A stretch of DNA of 64,000 nucleotides from Schmidtea nova (GCA_044892505.1 CM097883.1:190092001-190156000); one strand, 5' to 3'; numbered from the stretch's first letter, positions 39,341 to 52,112 are shown. Notes: generated by a model from the letters alone, not told the origin. Numbers and translations are program-made.

Positions 39341-41001
39341 ATATGCATATAAACCGTCTTTCGGTTTAAAGGGGTTATTGATGGATTCAATGGGTTATTG
39401 TAAGCATAGGTATATAAACTATAGGGATTTTATGATACTGGATGCTATAGTTTACCAGTAGACAATTTTATGTATTTGTATATGGGTGTTGTTGTGATTG
39501 CAATGGATAGTCTAATGATGAGATGTGAAGGCTTGTGCAAATTCTGGATGTATGATGCAGACAACTGTTGTGAATGAATTTCTTGTGTGGCTTGTCTCGA
39601 TGTGTGATACTAGTGAATATTAATGACTGAAATGATGTAATGTGTGTATTATAGTTAAATAAATTTTGTATGTTGTATTAGATATGGATGGTATTAATGA
39701 ATGGAATGGATGTATTGTTTTGCAAACATGGATGTATTATTATTTTTGTGATATCGTGGGGGTATAAAATAATATTTAAAATAATTTTATAATAAAATGA
39801 TAATAATAATTTTATAATTATTTCTACAAATTTTAAATTTATAATTCTACCAAAGTCATATAATAATTAAAATTTCTTATTTTTATAATATAAATTTTTC
39901 GATTTCAAATTTTTATATTTTAAGGATATATGTATAAAATATTTTTTAGAATTAAGATAATAACCAAATCAATAATAAAATTTTTTTCGACAAAATTTTA
40001 AATTTAGAATTTTATAAAATAATAAAATTTTTAATACAATAATAAAATTTTTGACTTATAATTTTTACGTATTCTAATATAAGGTTTGATATAAGAATTT
40101 CTAGGAAAATTTTTGATTTATTATTTTTATATTATAATTTTTACATAACATAGTATCTATAAAAGTAAAATTTTATTTTTATGATCAAATTTGAAATTCC
40201 ATAAAATTCATACAATAATAAAATTTTATTCACAAATTTCGAAATCTAAATAAATCAACCTAAAAAAATTTTTTTTTGTTAAATATTCATCAAAAATAAA
40301 TTATAAATTATTACAAGAATTAATTTTCACATATGGGTTTCTAAAAATAAAGCATATATAAAATTTCAAGCCGGTTCTTTCGCTATCATTATGTTGGGCA
40401 AAAACTGCAAATTGTTTTAATAAAGCAGTACCCCATAAGTAGAGAGCGCGCAAGGTTCAATTTTAACCCAAACACCCATTAGAAACAGAAACGATTAAGA
40501 GAAAAACGTCAAAAAGGTGAAGTGGACCCAAGCACATCAACCAGTAGAGAACGCGCTAGAGGTGAATTTGCAAGTCCTTACACTGAAACCTCGAGAAAAA
40601 TTAAAAGTCGTCAAGAGAAAAACGTTTGAAAGTTAGAATAGGCGGAAAAACTCATTGAAAATGCTCATAATGAACAGAATTGTGGCATAAAACTTCAGTG
40701 CAGAAAAATTAACAAAATTTTAGAAGAAAATTGTGATTTTATCATAAAATTTTACATTAACGATAAAAAGAACTAATCTTGATCGAAATATAGCAAATTA
40801 AATCAAATTGAATAAATTTTGATCCAAAAATAAAAATTTCGGATTAAAAATAAATTATTTATGGTTTATAAAAATTATTACTTAAAAATATTGATTTAAT
40901 TCGGCGGAAAATTATTAGAATTAATTTAGAAAAAATTAAAAAGAACATTCTAGAACAATTTGTTTTACTGCACTAGTGAAGGTAACGCAAAATCGATGGT
41001 A

Positions 41002-41023
41002 TATATACCGCCATCAAAATGGC
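41002..41023 (+). promoter_or_regulatory. TATA plus YY1-like motif TATATACCGCCATCAAAATGGC (also 46987; partial inverted copy 51619-51631)
   Basis: Exact recurrence in the duplicated units against diverged flanks. CGCCAT and AAAATGGC resemble the YY1 consensus. Function is inferred only. Confidence 0.4.
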
Positions 41024-41424
41024 AAAGATCAGAATTTTGTGGAAATTTTTGTATTGTAAAAATTTAGATAATTTGTCAAAAAATTTTTATTTAAATCTTA
41101 CTCTGAAACCGAAATTTTCCGGAAGAATTTAAATAGGTAAGCATCATTTTCTTGTTCGGTGCAAGGTCATCGAACATCATGCCTTTTCGATTACCCCTAC
41201 CCGGTAATATTTTATTTTGACTATTGTTAATATTATATTATTGTTATTATTGTTATATTATTTTATTTAATGAACAAAATATTAAATGAAGATTATTTCT
41301 TTTTTTTTGTATTTTGAATTCAACCATATAAAACTGTCACAAATTCCAGATTAAACCACAATTTATTTTCTATAATATTTATGGCATAAAGATAAAAATA
41401 ATTAAATTTTTTTTTGTGTGTGTT

Positions 41425-41595
41425 TCCATACACCCTGAAACCAGTTTCTGGCCTTGTGCCGAGCGGGTGGAAGTAGCCTGAGAGGATCGCTGGTTCGATT
41501 CGTAATCGATCAGCCCATATTTCCGAGTTCAGGTGATACGCCCAAACATCCATGATCACTTCATCCCAACTGGGGAACAGTGGCTTGGCCAAGGG
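41425..41595 (-). repeat. GC-richer ~170-nt island G, copy 1 (copies at ~46105-46290 + and ~47585-47765 -)
   Basis: Shared cttg..cttg(g)cca..ccac...gatga.g....tggatgt.tg.gc...aaatatgg...tatgg in all three copies. Confidence 0.6.
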
Positions 41596-44500
41596 CAAGG
41601 TGTTATATTAATGATCTAAAATTTATAGTAGTGTATTTTATTTGAATTATACTTTTTTAACATAATGAGCACTTAAAACCTAATACTACATAAAAACGTA
41701 AATGTGAATTCATCCATCAATGTCTTTTCCATTTACATAGTTTAATTGTACAAGAATATTCTACTCGTCATTCGCCTTCACTCTCACAACAATTACCATC
41801 TTATCCGAAAAACACAAGTAGAATAAAAAGCTAATATTGAAAAGAGAATCGTTTGAAATAATGCTCAAAGCTGATATAATGATCACGAAATGAAACGAAT
41901 TATGAAGACAAGTATTGATTGATCTGAATTAAACCTCATTCATTATCTAAATAATTTTCTCTAGTGAACCTTGTTTTCGGGAGCCTGAAGTTCCTATGTG
42001 AAGTGTCTCGAAAATTTCGCGCGCACTTTGGTTGGTAAATTCATGTTCAAACGAAACCGAAATTCACCTTGATGTCGAAAACCATTCTTTGAAAAATTTT
42101 ATAATTTATTTTAATTTAATTTTTATTTAGTATAAAGAATTTTTAGATTGAATTCTTATTTGGATTGCAAAATTCGTGGATAAAAATTTATTACTATGTA
42201 GATTCCGTTTTTGATCATAAAAAATAAAAATTTACTTTTTATTATATTGCGAAAAATTTATAATGAAAAAATTGTAAACCAAAAATTTTCCTAAGAATTT
42301 GTAAATCAAAAATTATATCGAAACCCATGAAAATTATAAATAGAAAATATTGTTATTATATAAAAATTTTTATCATTTTATAAAATTCCAAATTCGAAAT
42401 TTTATAGAAAAAATTTACGATTAATATATATATATTCTTAAAATATAAAAATTTGAATTCAAAAAATGTATATTATAAAAATTAGAAATTTTATTTAAGG
42501 TTTGTAAAAATTATTATAAAAATTGTTGTTATTATTTTGATTCTGAAAATATGTTATATATAAATATATTATTTTATAAGGTACCCCCCACGATATCACA
42601 CAATCATATTACATCCATATTTGCAAAACAATGCATCCTTTCCATTCAATAACATCATCCATACTAATACCACATGCAGCATTTACTTAAATACAACACA
42701 CACACACTACCACATTTCAGTCAATAGGATCTTCTATGCTAATTAATACAATAAACAATACATCCACTCACCAACATACACAACGCGATTTCAGCTAACA
42801 GTATCCACTAGCATCGTACATCCAAACGATCCCCACAAATACTCATACAATCACATCCATTGTTTATCACCCATTGCAGTAGCATCTTTCCGACATACAA
42901 ACACATCCATTCACAACAATAGGATATCTATTTCGATATATTACAGTATTAATTCAATGTTATATACACACGAGCCTACAATTCACTACATTCTTCAATA
43001 ACATACTCAGCAAGATATATACATAAAATCTTTACACCTAATTACTGATTAAGTTGATTGTTTCATCCATGTATATTACCTAAGTAGCAGATTATATCCA
43101 GGAAATGCCTATGGATTTCTATTTTTTCTATACTCTGAATTAGATTTAACCGTTTCACTCAATGATCTCCTGTAACCTTAACTACATTATTTATGCTGGA
43201 CAATGCCCATTAAAATGCATTATATTCTATGATTCATTATTTCAGTCTTTTAGTCCTTTTGACCCAGCTATTGTATTCTAGGTAATAAACTAACGAAACA
43301 ATGCTGGTAAAAAAATGAGGAACATATATTACCCTCAACGACGATTCACCAAAAGTTTTGCAAAATTAATAATAAATTTGTATATTTAAAACTTAGCCAA
43401 ATCATTATACAAAAGTTTCTACTAATAACCATAAAAAGAAATTAAAAATAAAAATTCACAACACTTACCAACAATCAAACATGAACGCACAAAAATTTTA
43501 TTTACAGCTATAATAACAACAATAAGATTTGCATAGTGTTGATATTGATCAAAATGCGAAAAAGGAGAGAGACCAGTGGCAGAGTGAATTTGTATGATTG
43601 TGCTCATTGTGGGTAAAAATCCTAAAAATCGTCCCAGAAGTCAGCGCTAGACGAGATCCCAAAACTAGATCAGCGTTGTTGTCGGATGCAATTTTCTTTT
43701 GAAAAAGATGATGTTTGGCTAATTCCAAGAAGAGCTGACGATTTGAATAGCAGAAAATTTGAACAAATTCCGTTAGGCTAATACACTAAAACGAAAATAA
43801 GAAAATACCACAAATAAATCAATTAATTTTTCCTAAATATTGCTCTAGCATCCATAAAACCACTAAATCGTGGCGATTGTCTGAAATGCAGGGAAATCCC
43901 CATACTAAAATTAGATATCTAAAATCAATAATCTTAGTATATAAATCAAATTGCCATAATATAATCTAACCAATAGAAATCTGTTATTTTTTGATTGCAC
44001 ATTTATATAGTTTCTGTTGAAGTTCCATTATCTTCGTCCAAACCAAAGGGGGGCCGCTTAAATTAAAATCGATAAGATAATTTTAAAATCGAAAAACCTA
44101 AAGTTTAAAAAATCAATAGTTAAGGGAGATCTTACAGGGATGAAACTTAAAAACTTAAGGAAATCGTTTAGATACTGACACTAATGCCTCGGCGAGAATT
44201 CAAATGTTAAAATTATCCAATTTTAATAAAAATATAATTAAACTTAAAAAAGCAAGTTAGACATTAGGTATAGGGGATAAGTAAAAAATTCGTCGAATTC
44301 ACTGACACAAAAACATACAAATTTAGAAAATCTTGAAAATAGTGAAAATTTAGTTAAGATCAATAGACATCGTATACCCCGAATTATGTGATGAATCAAA
44401 GATTTTTCGATCCCCGAATTGAGTTGGCGATGGTATACTTGAGTATAAGCTTACAAATGAAGATGAATGCGCAAAATTTCCTGTGTTTTGAGATAATGTG

Positions 44501-44639
44501 GTGTATAATAGTTGGTTGTGAAAAATCAATAAATGTTCATCGATAAAATTATTTTACCTTACTAATTTAAAATGAATATTTAAAATTAAATTATAATGTT
44601 AGATGATGACTTGAATGTGTTTTGTATGTGTTATTTTAG

Positions 44640-45203
44640 ATGTCAGAAATGAACCTGGAACAAAAATTTGAGGAGATGCACCGGTTGAATTTTGAAAATG
44701 CCCGACATAATCGCCGGGTAGCTCAGTGTTTCGCCGAGATGGAAAAGGCGAAAACATCAAACTCTGATGCTTTGCAAATTATGACCTCCCGGATGGAGAA
44801 ATTTCGAGCGCGGTGCAGAGATATGGAGTCGACCTGGTCCGACAAGGAGACCGTCGACAAACTGAAGAAGCAGAACCAGATGCTTCTAAAACAGGCTGCA
44901 GAAGACGCAATGAGATTGCGCGCATGCCGTGTTACGATGCGAGAGCAGGAGCTCTTGATCGAGAAATTGAGGTTGGATAGCGGCATTATCACTGCCATCT
45001 TGCCGAAATCTTCATGTCCACCTCAAGAATTGTTTCCAGTGAGGGTTGAAGAAGAGATCCTGACACCTCCGGTTCCAGCAAAAATGACACGGCAGAAACC
45101 CAACAAAGGAGTGAGGGCTCGACGAAGACGTCGTCAGGAAGCGAGATTGCTGGGGCAAATCCGCAAAGAGTCCTCAGAAGTGATTGACATTACGCTATTG
45201 TGA
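44640..45203 (+). CDS. Orphan 187-aa protein: N-terminal coiled coil and Arg-rich basic C-terminus
   Basis: ATG to TGA frame, markedly GC-richer than its flanks. Heptad-like E/K/L/M-rich helices and the motif RARRRRRQEAR. AATAAA occurs twice at ~45285-45300. Confidence 0.6.
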   Translation: MSEMNLEQKFEEMHRLNFENARHNRRVAQCFAEMEKAKTSNSDALQIMTSRMEKFRARCRDMESTWSDKETVDKLKKQNQMLLKQAAEDAMRLRACRVTMREQELLIEKLRLDSGIITAILPKSSCPPQELFPVRVEEEILTPPVPAKMTRQKPNKGVRARRRRRQEARLLGQIRKESSEVIDITLL

Positions 45204-45430
45204 TTTAAATCAAACAAATGATATTTTACCTTGTGAATAATGTTATATTTATTACCATACTTTGTAGTTTATGTCATTGTTTTTGTTGACATTAAAGTTT
45301 TTCTTTTGTGTTTGAAATATTTATTTGTTTGAATGTTTGAAAGGAATAAATTGAATAAAATCAACTGAGGTTTAGTAGTAAATTTAGTTCGATATAACTC
45401 ATGATTTTTTTAAAGTAAATAATGCATAGG

Positions 45431-45665
45431 AGGGACAAAAATGGGCATTAAACCTTCTATCGGTAGCCCATGGACCCAGAAAATATTCGGTCAATCATAG
45501 TTTCGTATTGACGACGCTCACTGATTGCGAATACCCACCCATTTGTTGCATTACCAACGTTACAATGTGACGGGCAACAAGATGGTTAATTCTAATGTTT
45601 TATGTGTTGAGTTGTTGATGTGAGCCACAGCAACGTCATGGTCATATTGACGATCAACAACCCAC
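45431..45665 (+). ncRNA. Putative structured RNA element S, copy 2 (unclassified)
   Basis: Stems: tattcg/cgaata, caatca/tgattg, tcgt/acga, ccat-ttgttgc/gcaacaa-g-atgg, cgttac/gtgacg and gttgttgat/atcaacaac. Confidence 0.55.
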
Positions 45666-48600
45666 AAATTAATATTCAAAATTCTTTATGCAATTCTTAG
45701 AAGTTTTCATCAATGAGGTTCACGATTTCGAGTAAAAATTCAACGATCTATTATCGAGTTTAATCTGTAAGCATTATTCAATTTAACATTTTTACTGCTC
45801 TTTGAGTGGTCATTTACAAGTTTTTATACGTTTCATTTTTTCGACTTTGCGAATTCTTTCATAGTAAAGTAAAGATGACGTTTATTGAGCGAAGACGATT
45901 GACGAGACGAATGTCTATTTCTGATTAATTTTTATTACGTTCACATTTTTATGTAGTTGTGAGAGTTATGTGAGTTATGTGATTTAATTTAAATAAAAAA
46001 AACTAAAATATGATAAATAAAATATCCATTTGCGTCTATGAATAGCATATCTCATTTCAAAAAAATGTAATAGGTTTCTAGGCGTTAATTACTTTGAACA
46101 GACCTTGAACTTGCCAATCCACTACTCCTCATATAGCCAGGTATGAGATGAAGCGTTTTTGGATGTATGCGCTCACTTCGATGAAAATATGGATCAGCAC
46201 GTTGAAAGGACTCCAACGAACTGATAATTCCACAAAATAACTAATGACGGTACAACGACTAGGTGGATAATCATCAGACGTATGGAAATAGGGCCGCCTT
46301 ATCCAATAGGCACCGTGCCTATGGCCTAAGAACTTTAAGGGGGCCTACGAAGAAAAAATAAAATACATACCTATATATATATATATTGTTGGGCTAAAAC
46401 CACAAATTGTTTTAATAAAGCGATAACCCCATAGGTAGAGAACGCGCAAGATTCCATTTTTAACAGTAGCATCCATTAAAAATCTAACAATTAAGTGGAA
46501 AACACCAAAAGGTAAAGTGAAATCAAAACACATCAACCGGTAGAGTACGCGCTAGCTGCGAGTTTATAAGTCTTTTCACTGAAATCACGAGAAAAATTAA
46601 AAGCAGAACGTTTGGGAGTTAGAATAGGCGGAAAACCCATTGAAAGTGCCCATAAAGAGCAGAATTTTGTCATAAAATCTTCAGTACAGAAAAATTAACA
46701 AAATTTTAGAAGAAAATTGTGAAGTTATCACAAAATTTCACATTTAACAGTAGAGAGAATTGATATGGATCGAAATATCATAAATTAAATCAAATCGAAC
46801 AAATTTCGATTCAAACATAAAAATTTTGAATTAAAATAAATTATTTATAGTTTATAAAAAATTATTATACAAAAATATGGAATTAATTTTCGGAAAATCA
46901 TTAGAATTAATTTAGAAAAAATTAAGAGAAAATTCTAGAACAATTTGTTTTATTGCACTACTGAAGATAGCGAAAAATTGATGGTATATATACCGCCATC
47001 AAAATGGCAGAGTTCAGAATTTGTGAAGAATTTGTGAAAAAAATTTTTCGTTTTGTTCGACATAGAATTTAATTTGTAGAAAAATTTGAGATTTCACGAC
47101 CACTTAATTGAAGAGAATTTGTGAAGAATATTTCTTGTTAATTTGCGGAGAAAAAGAAAAGTTAATATCCGAATTTGAGTCCCAAAAGAAAAAGCTAATA
47201 TCAGAAGTTGACTTCCAGAAAATTTGTGGAAAAATCGTGCCAAATTTTTGAGAAAATAACATTTCGTTGGAAAGAATCGCAGCAGAGGTTTATTGGACAG
47301 ACGTAAGGATTTATTTGATTTTGGTTATTCTCATTGGGGATTGGAATGGTCGTCCATCATGCCTGACGATCATCCCATTCCTCTCCTTTATTTAATATGT
47401 TATTTGTTATTTTATTAATTACGGTAAATTTTATATTATTAAAGTATTTTAATGATTTGTAGCTTAGTTTTTTTTTGTTATTATCATTATCACAAGCCAC
47501 AAATTCCCAAAATAATTCAGGAAAAATCTCATTAAAATTAGTAAACTAAATAAAATTATGAAAATAAATAAAAAATTTTTTTTTCTCCCATATCTTCTGA
47601 CGATCCGTCCAGCATTGCGTTGTGCGGATCTGTTAGTAGCCTGGGTGGATCGTTGTCTGATTGGTAATCGGCCAGCCCATATTTCCACTTTAAGGTGAGG
47701 CTCATACATCCATAATCTCGTCATCCCAACTGGGGAATCGTGGTATGGCCAAGAGCAAGGATTTGTTATACTAATGATTTTTATTATAATAGAGTAGTGT
47801 ATTTTTATTATCTACATAAGCAATTTCGTAATATAACATAACAATTTCTAACTCATGTCTTGAAATCTAAAATAGGAAATATTACTGATTAAAAATTGAC
47901 TCGTATTCACCTTCACCTTCACACTCTCAACGACGATTATCTTATGAGAAAACGCAAGAAAATTGGAAGCTAATGATAAAAGGAAAATCGTCCGAAATAA
48001 TGCTCAAAGCTAGAATAATGCTCCTGAAATGAAACGAATTGTGAAACAAGTATTGATTTGATCTGAATTAAACTCATTATTGTTAAAATAAGTTTTTCCT
48101 GTGAACCTCGTTTTCGAGAGCCTGAAATTCCTAAGTGAAGCGTCACGAAAAAATTCACGCGCACTTTAATTGGGAAATTCATGCTCAACAAAACCGAAAT
48201 TCATTTCGCTCGATATCGAAAAATATTCTTTGAAGAATTTATAATTTATGATTTTTATTTTTATTCAGTGTATAAAACTTTTTAGGTTGAATGCTCATTT
48301 GGATTTCGAAATTTATGGGTAAAAATTTATTATTATTTCATGTTGATCAGGAATAAAAATTTGCTTTTTATTATACTGCAAGAATTTTTAAATGGAAAAA
48401 ATTGTAAACCAAAATTGGTTCCTAATATTGTTATTATATAAAAGATTTTATCCTTTCATAAAATTCCAGAGAATTTGCAAGTCGAAAGTTATATTAAACC
48501 CCATAAAAATTATAGATCGAAATTTTATTATTATACTAAAAATTCTTATCATTTTATAAAAATCTGAATTCGAAATTTTATAGAAAATTTTTTGATTAAT

Positions 48601-50263
48601 ATATATATATTCTAAAATATAGAAAGTTAAATTCAAAAACCTATCTTATAAAAAATTAAAAAAAAAAAATTTATCATTAGTTGATTTTTCAGAAAATTAT
48701 AAATTAAAAATTCATAAAAAGCATTATAAAACTTATTATTATTATTTTAATTTAAAAAGTATTATTATTATATTAAGTTTAAAAAATATTTTATATAATT
48801 TATATTATAACTACCCCCACGATATCTTAAAAATAATGATACATCACTCATTGCAAAAAATCACACCCTTTTCACTCAATAGCATCATCCATACTAATAC
48901 ACAAACAACATACATATAAAATACAATGTACACACATACACAGTGTCATTCAATAACATTCAACAATCATATACACACAATCAAACTATACAAAAATTCC
49001 ACACAGACATGTTAGTTAGCATCATACGTCTAACCACACTCACAAACACTCAATTGTTCCTATCACCTATCTACAAATTACACGCAAACACAACAGTAAC
49101 AATAGAACTCACAGTAATTACATCTCGTCACATTCAACTACAACCACATACAAACATCTACATTTATATTTCGGATGCCCCTGTAAATTCGTAGCTTATA
49201 GTATACCAAGAGGGATTTTTTTAAATTTTTTTTATTCTAAAACCCCCTGTTTTCGTTACCCGATATACGGCCTACCAGATCTTAAATCAATTATATCCCC
49301 TCCTAATTCAATTTATATTTTATAAATATTATATATTATTATGTATTATTATATCAAATTATACCTGATATCAAATATCAGATTTTATATCAAATTATTT
49401 ATATGTCAAATTAATTACTTATGTTAAATACTTATGAAATATCCATACAAACTAAAACTAACAAATTATAAGACATCTCTTTTAAAATAAAATTCCATCA
49501 ATATTGTTATTAAATTATTAAATTCCACTGCTAAAGGGTAAAACATTTGCTTCTGGAAAGAATTCCATTTGAGAATGAGTCCAGATTTGATTGTGGCATA
49601 TTGCGAATTTGAGCTGGAGATCTGCCATGGAGTTCGCGGATGGGTCAGAAACATTTCTGAATTGAGTTCCCAGTTCGGGTTTTGCTAAAAGTGACATTTA
49701 TCAAATAATCGTTGAATAAGCATTAGTATTAACTTTTTCGGAAAAATTGTCCGTTATGTCTTCACACGCTCGGGTTTCGGTCCTTTGGGTTCATTCCGTT
49801 TTCCGTGGACGACTCCAGGTTTGTCGATGGTGCTGGCTTTTTGTTCGGATGGCCTTTGAAATAAAAATAAAATAAATTAATTTATAATATCTATCTTACT
49901 ACTAGTGTTTATTTGAATTTTGCATAGTTTCGCCGATATATATTGAAAGATTCAAACAATGAATCTAGTTTTTATAATTATTTATGAAATAAAAATTTTA
50001 GGTTGTAAAATATTAGAATACAGAAACAAATTTTATTTTTTTTCTCTTTAAAATTTTTTTTTATTTATTTTCTATCATAGATTGTAATATTATTTGTTAT
50101 TGCCGTAAATTGTAATATTAGTGAAATATCATGAATAATTAGTGTTTTTGATTGCTCGGAACAATTTATTTCGAATGTAATAATAAATTTAAAGTTATGT
50201 AGAATATTTGTGCTGAATTTCCGATAAAATTTTGTTGAATGATTGAAGATAAATCGTCGAAGA

Positions 50264-50496
50264 AGGGACAAAATGGGCAAGAAACCTTCTATCGGTAGCC
50301 CTTGGACCCAGGAGATATTCGGTCAATCATAGTTTCGTATTGACGACGCTCACTGATTGCGAATACCCACCCACTTGTTACAGTACCAACGTTACATAGT
50401 GACGGGTAACAAGGTGGTAATTTCAATGTTTTATGTGTTGAGTTGTTGATGAGAGCCATAGCAACGTCAAGGTCATATTGACGGTCAACAACCCAC
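50264..50496 (+). ncRNA. Putative structured RNA element S, copy 3 (unclassified)
   Basis: The same stems, with two compensatory double substitutions (ccacttgttac/gtaacaaggtgg). Confidence 0.55.
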
Positions 50497-50619
50497 CAAT
50501 ATATACAAAGAAAAACAAAATAATTTTAGTTAAAAAAAAAATTAAATAAATTCAAATATAAAAAAAACGAAAATAAATAATTTCAAATATAAAAACGGAA
50601 CTGAAAAATTTTAAATAAT

Positions 50620-51152
50620 AATTTATTTTCGCCATTTTTCTTTGGTAAAATCTTCAATAATGTCTTCAAAATTCATATCACGAGTAAGATTACTCTCAAT
50701 GCAAAGAACATCCAATGATGAGAGGCGATCTTGATTCATAGTTGAACGAATCTAATTTTTTATATGCTTCAATTTGGAAAATGATCGTTCTCCTTCTGCA
50801 TTTGCTCCAATAAAAGAGATAAATTCGAAATGCAATATTTACATTTGGAAAACTTGTCTGTAATTTGTGATTTTATTAAATCTGCTACAGATTTCTTATC
50901 TTTATACATTGAAGAAAACATTATAAACTTATCTACAAATTCTTCTTCCAAATCTGATGAATATGTGTTGACTAAATCTTTAGCTTTACATCTAGCTTCT
51001 TCGTTGGATAAAGATTTATTTTCAATACAATGTTGAAAATCCAAATTACACTGTTCAGAAAATAATTTTGGTGTACTAATTTGTTTTTCATTATATATAT
51101 ATATATATATTGTAATGTGCCTAGGGCCTACAAAAGGTTTGAGACGGCTCTG
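50620..51152 (-). mobile_element. hAT (ZMYM-type) internally deleted element with dimerisation domain
   Basis: The terminus cagagccgtctcaaacc starts at 51152 on the minus strand. Motifs LVNTYSSDLEEEF, FPNVNIAFRI, ANAEGERSFS and IRSTMNQDRLSSL occur across frameshifts. Confidence 0.8.
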
Positions 51153-52000
51153 TATGGAAATAGTTTTAATAAAAAAAATATAAATTGTATATGATAAATA
51201 AATGAATATCAATATAAGCATGTTAGGTTGTGAGAAAATATAATCAAAGTAAAAATTAACACTTGAATAGAAAAATTATAATAATCATTACATATTTTAC
51301 CATAAGATAACACTTTATCAAACATTGAATAAAAAGGAAGAATCAAATCAGAATACCTAAGGCAGGGTAACATGGCATGATTTGCTAGCCTGCATAACAT
51401 AAAATTCAGGGTTCTTACATATTCAAATAGCTTCTCCGCTTGGTTCGGATACGACTTCTAGAAATTTTTCGAGGGGTTCGGCTTCCGAGAATTTTCTCAA
51501 AGGATTTTAAGCAAAGTTATCTCTTAAAAATTTCACTGCTAAAAACGTTTCAAAATTTTTAGCAACAAAATTCCAGAAATTCTGCAAATTCTGCAATATT
51601 CTGACAAAATTGAATTCCATGGCGGTATATATTTGCTCAAAATTTTTATTTTTCGTTGAGATATTAAAACAAATTGTTCTAGAAGGAATTTTCTGATTCT
51701 TGAAAATTAATTTCAATTATTTTACGCAAAATTGAATTATTATTTTTGCATAAAATTTTAAATAAATTCTAAATAATTTACACTAAAATTTGAAAGTTTT
51801 CCTCCCAAAAAGATGTTTATTTTTTTCCAATGTGCCACTCTATTACACCATTGATGTTCTCACACTATACATGTGTTTTTCACGTATAAACTCAATGCGA
51901 TTTTGTTCGTTTCAAATTTTCGATGTGTTTTGATTGACTATTTCATGTTTTCTGTTGCTACTGGGCTGTACTTGGTGTTTTAGGTTCGTAGAATTTCAAA

Positions 52001-52112
52001 TCTACTTCTTGCTCGCTCTCTACATTTTATAAATTTCACGTCTATTTCCTCGCGCACTCTCTACATTTTATAAATTTCACGTCTACTTCCTCGCGCGCTC
52101 TCTACATTTTAT
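52001..52112. repeat. ~41-bp tandem repeat, ~2.7 copies
   Basis: tctac/tttcc/tt..cgc.ctctctacattttat starts at 52001, 52041 and 52082. Confidence 0.88.

Larger units (their letters stand above)
39350..43000. repeat. Large imperfect inverted repeat: arms ~39350-40380 and ~42050-43000 around a ~1.7-kb core
   Basis: For example ttttgcaaacatggatgta...gtgatatcgtgggggta (39715-39757) pairs with tacccccc acgatatcac...tacatccatatttgcaaaa (42582-42628). The AT-rich arms stay collinear in reverse. Confidence 0.75.
40385..49190 (+). repeat. Diverged direct duplication: ~40385-43000 and ~46385-49190
   Basis: Shared anchors occur in the same order: gtagag..cgcgc x2, gttagaataggcggaaaa, tatataccgccatcaaaatggc, catcatgcc, catcccaactgggga, aataatgctcaaagct, aaaccgaaattc and cccccacgatatc. 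Confidence 0.85.

Noticed and set aside
44640-45203. Deltavirus antigen-like identity for the orphan ORF
   Set aside because: Only general architecture (size, coiled coil, Arg-rich) is shared. I saw no sequence motif similarity.
45450-45540. HDV-like or hammerhead ribozyme reading of element S (gg-t-caatca...tgattg-CGAA-tacc; ctgattg..gaa)
   Set aside because: A P4/J4-2/P2-like part can be drawn, but I could not build P1, P3 and L3. The hammerhead core CUGANGA/GAAA is not present. Left unclassified.
47735-47752. ggccataccac (minus strand) matches the 5' end of eukaryotic 5S rRNA
   Set aside because: Only 11 nt match. The rest lacks the 5S internal control region and helices, and the paralogous copies do not keep the match.
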